Shown here: piece by piece, positions 17,450 through 30,681 of the stretch
How the letters are laid out: each line of letters starts with the position of its first letter
How positions within the stretch are numbered: position 1 is the stretch's first letter
Notes under the pieces: model-generated
Databases searched by the model: none
What the model was told of the DNA's origin: nothing
What the model saw: the letters and a program-made list of their open reading frames with translations, nothing else
Assembly: GCA_002269645.1 (NCBI GenBank)
Contig: NIVC01000835.1
Location: 310,001 to 374,000 of the forward strand
Direction: 5' to 3'
Origin: Macrostomum lignano
Lineage: Eukaryota
Length of the DNA: 64,000 nt
Program-made: the position numbers and the translations under genes

Positions 17450-20400
17450 TCAGCCATGCGCGTCCCTGTACAGGTGCATGTTGAAGCCGAGCTCGCTATA
17501 GGCCTGGAAGCCGCAGCCGTTGCACCTGAAGGGGTTGGCGCCGGTGGAGTGATAGCCGAGATGCATGACGCACAGGACGAAATCGCGGAACACGATGCCG
17601 CAGTGACGGCACTCCATCGGCCGGACGGGTGGGCCGCGACTCGCTGCTGGCGGTGGTAGCGTCGCTCGTTTCAGAGGAAGCGAGGGCGGCTGAAGCGGCG
17701 GCGGCAGCGGCGGCGGCGGCGGCGGCGGTCGCGGAGGCGGTGGCGGATGCTGCACAAAAAAGCGACTGATTGGCGGCAGTTGCATCGAAGCTGTAGCGGC
17801 AGCGGCGGCAGCGGCAGCCGCTTGCATCACCATGGAAACTGCTGGAGCACCCACCGCTTGCTGAGCAGCCTGAGAACTTGTAGTTACATCAGCAGCACCA
17901 CCAGCACCAGCTGATGAACGAGTAGATCTTTCCGGAAGACGGCGTCGACGTCCAGCCGTTTTGTTTCCATCGGCGCTGCCGTCACAGTCGCCTCCTCGGT
18001 GCCCGAATCGCCTGGTGTGCAGGTGCAAATTGTGCACAAACTTGGTGGTGAAGCCGCAGTCGTGGCATCGGTGCGCCCGATTGGCCGAGTGGCTGCGCAG
18101 GTGCGAGTTCAGCATGGAACGGTTGATGCAGACGTAGTCGCAGCTCGGGCACTTGTACGGCCTCGAGCCCGAGTGATTGGCGGCGTGATATTTCATGTGG
18201 TGCTTGTACTCGGTGACGAACGGGCACTGCGAGCAGCGCAGCACCCTGTCTGGTCTCATGTGCTGCACCCGGTGCCGCCAGAACTCCTCCTGAAGATGAA
18301 GGTGCGAGTGTTGGACTGGGTGAGGGCTGGGACTGGCGCTGAGTGAGGGCTGGGACTGGCGCTGAGTGAGGGCTGGGACTGGCGCTGAGTGAGGGCTGGG
18401 ACTGGCACTGAGTGAGGGCTGGGACTGGCGCTGAGTGAGGGCTGGGACTGGCACTGAGTGAGGGCTGGGACTGGCACTGAGTGAGGGCTGGGACTGGCGC
18501 TGAGTGAGGGCTGGGACTGGCACTGAACGGACATTGGGAGGGCTGGGACTGGCACTGAACGGACATTGGGAAGGCTGAGACTGGCACTGAACGGACATTG
18601 GGAGTGCTGAGACTGGCACTGAACGGACACTGGAAGTGCTGAGACTGGCACTGAACGGACATTGGGAGGGCTGAGACTGGCACTGAACGGACATTGGGAA
18701 GGCTGAGACTGGCACTGAACGGACACTGGGAAGGCTGGGACTGGCACTGAGTGAGGCCTGGGACTGGCACTGAACGGACACTGGGAGGGCTGAGACTGGC
18801 ACTGAACGGACATTGGGAAGGCTGAGACTGGCACTGAACGGACACTGGGAAGGCTGGGACTGGCACTGAGTGAGGCCTGGGACTGGCACTGAACGGACAC
18901 TGGGAGGGCTGAGACTGGCACTGAACGGACATTGGGAAGGCTGAGACTGGCACTGAACGGACACTGGGAGGGCTGGGACTGGCACTGAACGGACACTGGG
19001 AGTGCTGAGACTGGCACTGAACGGACATTGGGAGGGCTGGGACTGGCACTGAACGGACACTGGGAGTGCTGAGACTGGCACTGAACGGACATTGGGAAGG
19101 CTGAGACTGGCACTGAACGGACATTGGGAAGGCTGGGACTGGCACTGAACGGACATTGGGAAGGCTGAGACTGGCACTGAACGGACATTGGGAAGGCTGG
19201 GACTGGCACTGAACGGACACTGGGAGGGCTGTGACTGGCACTGAACGGACATTGGGAAGGCTGGGACTGGCACTGAGTGAGGCCTGGGACTGGCACTGAA
19301 CGGACACTGGGAGGGCTGTGACTGGCACTGAACGGACATTGGGAAGGCTGGGACTGGCACTGAACGGACACTGGGAGGGCTGTGACTGGCACTGAACGGA
19401 CATTGGGAAGGCTGGGACTGGCACTGAACGGACACTGGGAGTGCTGGGACTGGCACTGAGTGAGGCCTGGGACTGGCACTGAACGGACATTGTGCCCACC
19501 AGCTAAAGTATCGATTTCGTCAATTCTTTTAATATTTATTCCGTAAAAATTGCCGAAACAATTTTCAGCATTTCCAGATAATGGTTGCTACTCTTCAAGC
19601 AAATAAAAGATTTTTATGAATAAAAAATTGGCCCAAAAAGCAGCAATTGTATTTGGTACACAATGGCCTGCTACTTGTTGCTGTGCATGCAAAAGGAAAG
19701 GCAATATTGAAGTGTTTGCCTCAGAGATATGAGGGGACAATCAGTGAATAATTTCCATCCCATCTCAGTGTCTTTGAGAAGTCTGTTTGCTGCCAGCCTC
19801 TTTAGCAGACCCGAGGGGGGGGGGGTTGGCCGGTTGGGTCAGAAAAAATTGCCAATCAAACAAACTGATTTATGATTGACAACAGCCTCTGGATAAAACA
19901 CGATGCCAGCTCACAACTCGCATCACCTTACCATTTTTTCTCTCACCTTATTTTTATTCCCAGCTTACCAGCGTGGGTAAACACAACAGGGATTCTTGTG
20001 AGGCACTCTACCATCCTACCAAACAATCCAAAATCTAAGAATCCACTTCTGCGCATAGCGCCGCACCCTCCAAATCCCCTTCATCGTGGGCGCCATTTGC
20101 CCGCAATGCATTCTTTCCTGCGTATATATTTATATTACATTCTGCAGCCACTGCTCTGGGAATCGGGCAGCTGGACTTGCCAAAATTTTGAGCATTAATA
20201 TTTTTTCAACAACTGAACGAAGGAGGGGATGAGGAGGAGAAGCTGAGGGTGAGAGAGGCGGAGCGACTCGCAAGGGGCGGGGCAATTTGCAGTTTTTACA
20301 GCTTAGGGATAAAAATGTTTTGTTAGGCCTTTTTTGCCTCATACTGGACTTTTTTATTCCCTTTTTCCCTATCAGTGGTGGTCGCCTGGATAGGAAGAGC

Positions 20401-20994
20401 TACTGCTGTTTGTTGCTGCTGGCTTACCGAGCCGCATCTGGGGATTCGAGTTCAGGACCACCAAGAAGACGGGGGCACCCACCAAGGAGACAGGGGGCAC
20501 CCACCTAGGAGACAAGGGGCACCCACCTAGGAGACAGGAGACGCCCACCTAGGAGACAGGGGACGCCCACCTAGGAGACAGGGGGCACCCACCTAGGAGA
20601 CAGGAGGCACCCACCTAGGAGACAGGAGGCACCCACCTAGGAGACAGGAGGCACCCACCTAGGAGACAGGAGGCACCCACCTAGGAGGCAGGGGTCGGCC
20701 ACTTAGGAACCAGGAGGAACACACCTAGGAGACAGGAGGCACCCACCTAGGAGACAGTGATGTTGAATTAATGGTCTTGGCTTAAACCCTATTTTAAATA
20801 AAGCTTTGTCTTTTGGGTATTTGGGTATTCGGTGTGAAAATTCAACAGAAAACAACTCAAGATCATCTCACCTTGCTTGGCAGTATCACACTGCAGATTT
20901 TGCACTTTAACTGACCGCTACCGCTGCTGCCTCCAGCGCCACTGCCGCCCTCGCCGCCATGGCAACTATCTGAGCAGTTTTGATTTTCAAACAT
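17450..20994 (-). CDS. hb: Hunchback C2H2 zinc-finger transcription factor, compact 4+2 finger form, about 320 aa
   Basis: Exon 20872-20994 (ATG 20994, ...QLKCKICSVILPSK|GTGAGA) joins exon 17450-18289 (TTCATCTTCAG|EEFWRHRVQH) in phase 0, completing ZF1. Hb signatures CPFVTEYKHHMKYH, CINRSMLNSHLRSH and C-terminal pair CRHCGIVFRDFVLCVMHLGYH / FRCNGCG...MHLYRDAH. Start codon inferred (in-frame stop upstream); further 5' exons via the CAG at 20970-20972 cannot be excluded. Confidence 0.9.
18312..19491. repeat. Mixed 23-bp/32-bp minisatellite in the hb intron, abutting the acceptor
   Basis: Units GAGTGAGGGCTGGGACTGGCGCT and GGGACTGGCACTGAACGGACATTGGGAAGGCT; explains the false N-terminus of the 668-aa ORF. 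Confidence 0.93.
20471..20757. repeat. 22-bp tandem repeat in the hb intron
   Basis: Unit GGAGGCACCCACCTAGGAGACA, about 13 copies. Confidence 0.92.
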
Positions 20995-21404
20995 CTCTAC
21001 GAGTGTATCTCAGTTTCTAAATGGTGCCGTATTAGTGTAATTGTCGTTCGCTTCTCTACATATTTTTCAGATCCAACTGAGTTCCCATTTTTATATGTAA
21101 GGATGAGAACTGTTTGCTGAGGCCTCCCACCTGTGCTCAGGAAAATGGGAGACGAAGCTGGGGGGAGGGTAGAGAATTGTTAATTTTTTTGGATTGGCAG
21201 CCCAGCGCGGATTTGTTAATTTGCTTGATAATTTCACTGCTAGAGAGTTGCAGATGGCGCTCTCAGACTGTATCAGTCTGCGCGATAGTCCTGAGAGTCA
21301 GTGCTGTCAGCAGCATGACTATTAAGGAGATTTTAATGTGTCAGACTGAGATTTGATCTGAGACAAAAGATTAAGTAGTAGAGTCAGAAAAAGTCTTTTA
21401 TTCC

Positions 21405-22770
<1,366 letters not shown>

Positions 22771-23588
22771 GAGCGTAACTAGAATCAAGAGTATTTTCAG
22801 AGGAGGCAGAGGAATCAATGAATTATTCTAATATTCGCATGCAACTACTGCCAGTGTGGAAACCAGTAGTAAGTTTAGCAAACGCGCGACGGAACGAAAA
22901 CTGTTTGGCAAGAACTCGAGGTTTGCAAAAGAGAGGCGAGAAAACCTCACTATCTGCACAAAACTTCAACCAACAAAGAATCAAAACTTTTCGATGTCGA
23001 TTTTAGCTCATATAACACGCTAAAAATCATTTCTTTGAACTTTCCTGCCGCATAAAGCTGAGATGTCAAGGCTCACAAGGGATTGCTGAGGTTATTGCAA
23101 AGAGAAACTGTAGTTTAAACGGGTAGTTTATTCAAAAGTAGAGTAAAGCCTTGACAAAAGAAGCGTCATGTCAGACATGAAGGAAGTGTAATGTCAAAAA
23201 TAAAAGAAACGTCATGTCAGACATTAAAGAAGCGTCATGTAAAAAAACGTCACTTGAAACTGTGTGCTGTGACTCTTGGGGAGAATTACTATGTTGTCAA
23301 AGCTTACGGGGGAATAGCTGAGATGTCAAGGCTCGGGAATAACTGAGATGTCAGTGCTAAAGTCAGAAGCTACATGTAGTGTATTCAAAACTTTTTATTA
23401 CATTACTATTTGTTGGCTCCTCACGGGGGGGGGTCGCTGATAGAAAAAGCGTCATGTAAAAAAGAAGCGTCAAGTCGAAGTTAAGAGATTCATTTGGGAA
23501 TCCCTACGATGTCGAGGCTTGCAGGGAATCGCTATAGTGCTGTAGTGCTATAATGACTCTTGGGGGGAATTACTGAAATGTCACTGCT

Positions 23589-23682
23589 TTAGGGTTATGA
23601 TTAGGGTTAGGGTTAGGGTTAGGTATAGGGTTAGGGTAGGGTTAGGGTTAGGGCTAGGGCTAGGGCCCAGGGTTAGGGCTAG
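23589..23682 (+). repeat. Interstitial telomere-like repeat (TTAGGG)n, degenerate
   Basis: TTAGGG/CTAGGG/TAGGG units over about 90 bp. Confidence 0.8.
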
Positions 23683-25154
23683 AAGGTTCACAGATTTAAG
23701 ATTTCAAGGCTTATGGGGGCATCGCTGAGATGTCAAGGGGGGGAGTTGATATGTTAAGGCTTACAAGGGACTGCTGAGGTATAATGCAAAGAGACGCTAC
23801 ATTTAGTTTATTAAAAACTTGTACTGCATTCTTTTGGCCCTGATTGCTAGTAACATGCTAAAAATCATTTCTTTGAACTTTCCTGCCGCATAAATAACTG
23901 AACTCGTGTCTTTTCTGTCACAAGTCGTGTCAGTTGTGGAAAATATTTTCCAGCTTTAAAACGAAACCAAGACTGTTTAAATCGGTTCTGCTGTTTCGAA
24001 TATATTGAGAATCAATTGCCAATCTATTCTTGCATGCCCCCTGCAGTCAGTGTTCCCTGACCTAAGGCGTAGCCGGTGTAGAGTTTCCTGGATTTTCGTT
24101 CTAATTTTCCTGGACAAGAGCAATCCAATTTTTCCATTTAACCTAACAGATGGAGATCAAAATTGAATTCGCGTCAAAGTTGTTAGCCCGAGTAGGGTAG
24201 TGGGGGGCATTTCTGGTTCGATCGAAGTTTACTTTTTCGCTTTTTGAATTCAAGCACTTGACGCAAAGCCGAGAGGCCTGTCGAGCGGTGGTTGGGTGAC
24301 TCAGGAAAACAATGAGTGCCGAGGTGAGGAGATGGGCGTTGGTGGGGGGAGACGCCGTCTGGAGTGAGTCGTTGTGGGCGGTCTGCCACGTGATAAACAA
24401 ATTAGCGGGCCCGACAGCTCCAGGTGATGGATTGGGCAGGTTTATTAAAAAGCAGAATTTTCCGCTCCCAGCTGGCCGCACCTCTCTGTGAGCCGTTCTC
24501 CCGTCGTCCTCGATTTCCCCTCGGGCTGTGGGTGGGACAGGGAGCCCGCCTTCCCCTTTCTCTCTTCCAATCTTCCCTTGACGTGCCGCCAGTCGCGAAA
24601 CAACCTGACACAACCCGCCCCGGCAGCCGCCCACGAAGTCTTCTTCTTATTCTTGACTTTACACTCCGTCAGTTTGTTTTCCTCTCTGCTCCGGTGTTGC
24701 AGCGGGCGGGGGGGGGGGAGATGAGCTCGCCCCAGCAACCAAAGCTCGGTTGAGCAGGTCTCTAGACGAGGAGGGACGAGAGAAAGAGAGACTAGCCACT
24801 CGGTTGCTTCGGCAGACAAGCGACCCCACCTGTCACCCAGGGGGGATGCCCATCCAACAGGGGGAAGTCCCACATCTACATGCTGTAATTCGATTACCTC
24901 CCCCTATCTGCATACTCTCTCCTCTCTCCTGTCTGAGTCTCTCAGCCTCCAGCGTCAGCTCCGACCGATCGAGTCCTTGAGGCCACTGTCCAGCTCTTAA
25001 CGGCCTCCCCTGCCTCCTTGTCTACCTTGGAAACACGGCATCAAGTTTCGACTGTATTATAGCTGTCTCTAAGTTGGGCTTATCCTTGGCCTGACTCAGA
25101 CTGGTTGAACTACAGCGGAAAAAGCATCCGCCATGGGGAAAATCTGGGATTAAA

Positions 25155-25670
25155 GATGTGGGAGAACTTTAGAAGATTCTCAATGAGGATGCGGGATAAC
25201 TTCAGAAGATTCTCAATGAGGATGTGGGAGAACTTCAGAAGATTCTCAATGAGGATGTGGGAGAACTTCAGAAGATTCTCAATGAGGATGCAGATAACTT
25301 CAGAAGAATCTCAATGAGGATGCGGGATAACTTCAGAAGATTCTCAATGAGGATGTGGGAGAACTTCAGAAGATTCTCAATGAGGATGTGGGAGAACTTC
25401 AGAAGATTCTCAATGAGGATGTGGGAGAACTTCAGAAGATTCTCAATGAGGATGTGGGAGAACTTCAGAAGAATCTCAATGAGGATGCGGGATAACTTCA
25501 GAAGATTCTCAATGAGGATGTGGGAGAACTTCAGAAGATTCTCAATGAGGATGTGGGAGAACTTCAGAAGATTCTCAATGAGGATGTGGGAGAACTTCAG
25601 AAGATTCTCAATGAGGATGCAGATAACTTCAGAAGAATCTCAATGAGGATGCAGATAACTTCAGAAGATT
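25155..25670. repeat. 33-bp tandem repeat
   Basis: Unit GAGAACTTCAGAAGATTCTCAATGAGGATGTGG, about 15 copies with 32-bp variants. Confidence 0.93.
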
Positions 25671-26205
25671 CGAAACGAGAATGAGGGTGATTAATTGAGT
25701 AATTCAGCTTCGAAATAGGAAAATTCCAAGTTTACGAACAGCAAAAATCGCATAGGAAAGAGGAAAATGAGGATTAACTCAGCGTGAGCAGGGGGCAATT
25801 TCAGGCGGAGATGAGGCCGTGAATTGGCCAGGAGTCTGCGATGGGGCTGCCAGGAGGTGCAGGGCTCACCGGACAGGTGGTTGCAAGGTCCCGGCCGATA
25901 AATAATGCATTCGGGGATGCAGAGTCCAATTGCTGCTGGGAGAGGAAGGCCTGGGCAATGGGAAACTCGGTCTCGTATGGAGGGCCCCGCTGGGATTTCA
26001 CGTTGCAAGGGGGAAATGGGAGGGGGGAGAAGTCGAAATCCTCAATCCTTCAGCCTGTGCATCTCCTTTCCCTTCTTTTCTCTCTATCTATGCATGCGGC
26101 CGATACAGAATCTATCCATATGGGGGCACAGCATCCTCCAGTCACCTCCGCTACCTCTTCTTCGATTGCTGCTTTTGTAGCTCAGTTTACTGTTCGGAGA
26201 GTATA

Positions 26206-26772
<567 letters not shown>

Positions 26773-27789
26773 TCGGCACAGTTTGCAGTGGCGGCAGCGC
26801 AGCAACTCGTGAGAGAGCAAGCCGCACTTCAAAGACACAAAGCGCGCACGGGCCCTTTGCACAGCTCAGTGCTCGGTGCTGCTCCCCCCCCCCCAATTTC
26901 CATACTCATCCCACCGGCCTCTCGCTACCGATTTCTCTTCGGCTCCGCCAATTCTCCCCATTTTCCATCTCCTCCCGTCTACTCCCCATTTTTTCTTATA
27001 GTCGGCTGGTTCTCTCCGGTCAACGGAGCGGATGCGGCTGCTGGTTGGCGGCCGGCCCTCACCTTCCCCCTCCGGTCGAGTCGAGTGGGTGGGCGCGCGG
27101 TAGCGGTGGCGGCTTGTAGGTATGGGATAGGTAGGACTGAGAGACCGCGGGGCCGGCCTCACCGAGCCCGTCTGAAAATCCCCAGGGAAAGTTTTTGGGG
27201 CCTGCGGTGCCGCAGAACTTAAAGCCTGCGGACCACCTCCCCACTTCTCTCTCGCTCTTTTTTCAACTGCTCCCCTCCAGTCTCTCCACTCTTCCCCTTC
27301 ATCAATATACGTCAGATCTCCAGTGAGCTCTGACCCACCTCTCCCTGTCTCTTTCTCTCCTCCCGTTCTTGTGCACCAAGGTGGATTCGAACAGACGGGG
27401 GTGGCAGAAGTGGAGCAGGCAGGACTTCGGCGAGGGGAATGGGGTAACGAGTGGAAACGCGCGGGACCTCGATGGGCAATTTCAAAATCAATAATTAACC
27501 AATCACTCCTGCAGTCAGTTCCAATCAGTCTGCCGGGAAAAGAAGCTGGAGGGGTGGGGGGGGTTTTGTCGTTCGATAGGGCTGAGGGCCACCTTAGTCA
27601 ACCTCTGCCGGCGCTGACCCTGGGGAGGCTGTGGCTTCATTTTGGATGGGATCGGTTCGAACTGCGCACTGCTCAGGTCGCGGACTCAGTAGGGGTGGAA
27701 GCGACTCACGGATCGAGAAATTTTCACAAAAAATTCAGCACTGAATCGCAAACTCATAGTTTGGAAGGTGAGGGACTCAAAAATCACGG

Positions 27790-28190
27790 GTGACGGACTC
27801 TAAATTCGGAGGGTGATGGACTTCAAGCTCAAGGGTTGTTGACTCTAAATTTGGACAGCGTCCGTCCACTATCCAAATTTGGAAATCTGGACAGTGACTG
27901 ACTCTAAACTTGGACAGTGACGGACTCTAAACTTGGACAGTGACCCCGGACTCTAAACTTGGACAGAGACAGACTCTAAACTTGGACAGTGACGGACTCT
28001 AAACTTGGACAGTGACCCCGGACTCTAAACCTGCACAGTGATAGCCTCTAAACTTTGACAGTGATAGACTCTAAACTTTGACAGTGATAGACTCTAAACT
28101 TTGACAGTGATAGACTCTAAACTTTGACAGTGACAGACTCTAAACCTGCACAGTGATAGACTCTAAACTTTGACAGTGACACGCCAAAGC
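27790..28190. repeat. About 22-25-bp tandem repeat
   Basis: Core GACTCTAAACTT(G/T)GACAGTGA. Confidence 0.88.
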
Positions 28191-28814
28191 TCAAAGCTCA
28201 GAGTTAACGAACTCAATAACAAAAATCAACAGTTTACACAAAACTAGTGCTCAATAGCTGAGTCCACTATCAAGCGAGTTAGTGTGGACTTGGCGGCCAT
28301 CTAGCGAGCGCTGAATACGAGCGGTATAAGCAAGGCCATTTTTTTAGTCATTTGCACGCTCCATCAGTTGCACCTTGCCTATAGCCCAGGAGACGACTCC
28401 CCGAGCCCAGGGAAAGGAATTCCCACGCCAGAACTCGCTCCCACATATTCGCTTGGCGCTCTGGGCCTGCAGCTTCCCCTGATTCCCAAATCCCACCCTA
28501 AGTAGAGCATTCCTACTTAGTATTTATGACATCTGTTACACCGCTGTGGCTCATTTGGCATGCAGACTGCTAGGCTTGGACCTTCATTGAGTTTGAGAAG
28601 CCGCTCATAGCCTCCTGGCACGCGATTTAGCTGCCAGTAAGTTTTCCAGCTTTGAGTCCGGGTTTGGGTTGCTCATGTTGTTTTTGTGTGTTACGGACCA
28701 GCGCACCGAACTAGTGAGTGCTAAATGTAAATAGGTTTATAACTAATGTACAAAGGTTATAGGTTTTATGCGGTTCTAAGTCTCCTACTAGCAGGAGGGT
28801 AGCTTAATGCGTAG

Positions 28815-29069
28815 ATCACAGGCTGCTGACTCCTGAGCATACAAGCGCGCCAATGCTGTACGCAGGCACGCACTCACACACGCTCACACAGGGTGTACAG
28901 CGACCCTGACTTTCTAATCGTCAGGCATGTACATTCTCTGTGCCTTGGGGGCTGCATGACTCTCATGACTGTAAATAATCGCTTGGCAACCCCCCTGCCA
29001 ATTTTTCAAGCACACAAGTCCCAGATTAATGTGTCCGTTGCAGAGTCGGACGCGTTTACCGCTGAGCTG
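28815..29069 (-). mobile_element. tRNA-derived SINE, copy 2
   Basis: Minus strand CAGCTCAGCGGTAAACGCGTCCGACTCT head, CATGCAGCCCCCAAGGCACA, and CGCTGTACACCCTGTGTGAGCGTGTG...TCAGGAGTCAGC; matches 42087-42252. Confidence 0.7.
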
Positions 29070-29087
29070 CTCTGAGCCAATGATTCA

Positions 29088-29716
29088 CAGGTTTGTCAAA
29101 GCAAACCTTTTCCTAAAGGGACTTGGCAAGCAAGCCAAGAAAAAAATTCAGTTTTGTCTCTATATTTTTTTGTTTTTTTTCCAGAGACTTTTCTCGACTA
29201 AGTTTTGTCTATGGTAAAACCTTGAGAACTAAAAAAGAAACTGGCAAGGCTGACACAGCGGCATTTAATTTGGTCCCAAACGCTCGTGAGCCAGTAACTC
29301 TTGCCTTCTCGCAACCGTCTGCACGTGGTCGCGTACCCCTGGAATGTCAGCGTCTTTACCAACAATTTTCAGTCGCTTTTCCAGAGCTCTGCTGATAGTC
29401 GAAATTTGATAACCAACTGGAACTGTTCCTTCAACTTCTGCTGCATTTTCTGCAATATCAACAAATTGTTCGTCTCAACTGCATCGAGTAGCAGTTGGAC
29501 GGTTGGACCTGAGGCTCTCGAGCAACTTGCCTTGGCGATAGCCGGCAGTGGTTTCAACGCAATCTTGCAACCTTGCAATGTCCTTTGGGTATTCACCTTT
29601 GTCGAGCGCTTCGTTGCAAATGAACTAAATGGATCAAATTGATGCTTGTTGGACCAATTAAATGCCGCTGTGCCAGCCTTGCTACCATAGACAAAAGCTC
29701 CACTTTGGCAAACGTA
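29088..29716. mobile_element. Fold-back/MITE-like DNA transposon relic with long imperfect inverted ends
   Basis: GCAAGGCTGACACAGCGGCATTTAATTTGGTCCCAA (about 29245-29281) is the reverse complement of TTGGACCAATTAAATGCCGCTGTGCCAGCCTTGC (about 29649-29682). TTTTGTCTATGGTA and GTTTG(T/C)CAAAG blocks are also mirrored. Confidence 0.65.
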
Positions 29717-30681
29717 TCTTGGATTAAATAAAATGCGCGCGCGTAAGCCCAAATGAGCTGACAAAAGCTATATTATTTATAAGCAATCCAATAAAATTCC
29801 AAAACATCAGGTGGTTTTTATTGAAGCATAATTCAGCAAGTCAAACAATTTTTATATTATTTTAGCCGATAAGTTTATTTGGAAAAAGCAATCAAACACA
29901 AAAAACAAATTTAAAACAAACGGTTCGCTTTCTTAGAAACCGCACAATGTCGCGTGCAGAATAACAGAAGGACATCGAAACAGACACGACAAAGAACGCT
30001 GAAATTTTCTCGAAATTCTTTCTCGAAGGAGTACAAACGCGCGCGGAAAGCAATAAAACAAAATGACGGCAGGTTAATAAATAATTAATGCTTAGAAATA
30101 TTTTATACAATTTTTGTTATTTCGTTATGATAAGTAATGCTCGCTCGCTAAGAGACTCGGTGCGGGAGTATCTGTGCGTCTCCATGGTTACCAATAATAT
30201 TGCATTATATACGCTTAATTATAGCATAACAGTATAATATAGTATATGTAGCACAATATATTACTGTCTGACAATAATTAAAGTAGTAGTTGATTTGCAC
30301 AACGCCAAATATTATTATATAATTTCTATACAATGAAAATACTGAGTCGTTAAGCAACTAGTCCGGCCTTACGGTTTTGCATCGCAACTCTGTATTGTTG
30401 GGTCAGAATTGCACAAATCGATAGGTCGGTCAGACAGCAGGTTATGAATAAGCACTCAGAAGCAAGCATTTTAGGCTGCATATGCGTACATAATATATGT
30501 ATAAACACACAAAGGCTTTAAAAATCTATTACACAATTCGGCTAAACTTTAATTAGATTAATAAACTCACAAATTAACAAAGCAATTATAGCAGTAGGCA
30601 TATTGAGTGAGATTAATATTATTTTAGTAGTAGTTTCTTGATTAAAACAAAAGTCAAATTTATCATAAGCATGACCGGCTG

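Noticed and set aside
25155-25670. Coding helical repeat ELQKILNEDVG
   Set aside because: Unit variants introduce TAA and 32-bp frameshifts.
26775-26862. Extra hunchback N-terminal finger (LRCRHCKLC)
   Set aside because: No His pair and no splice donor; runs straight into the microsatellite.
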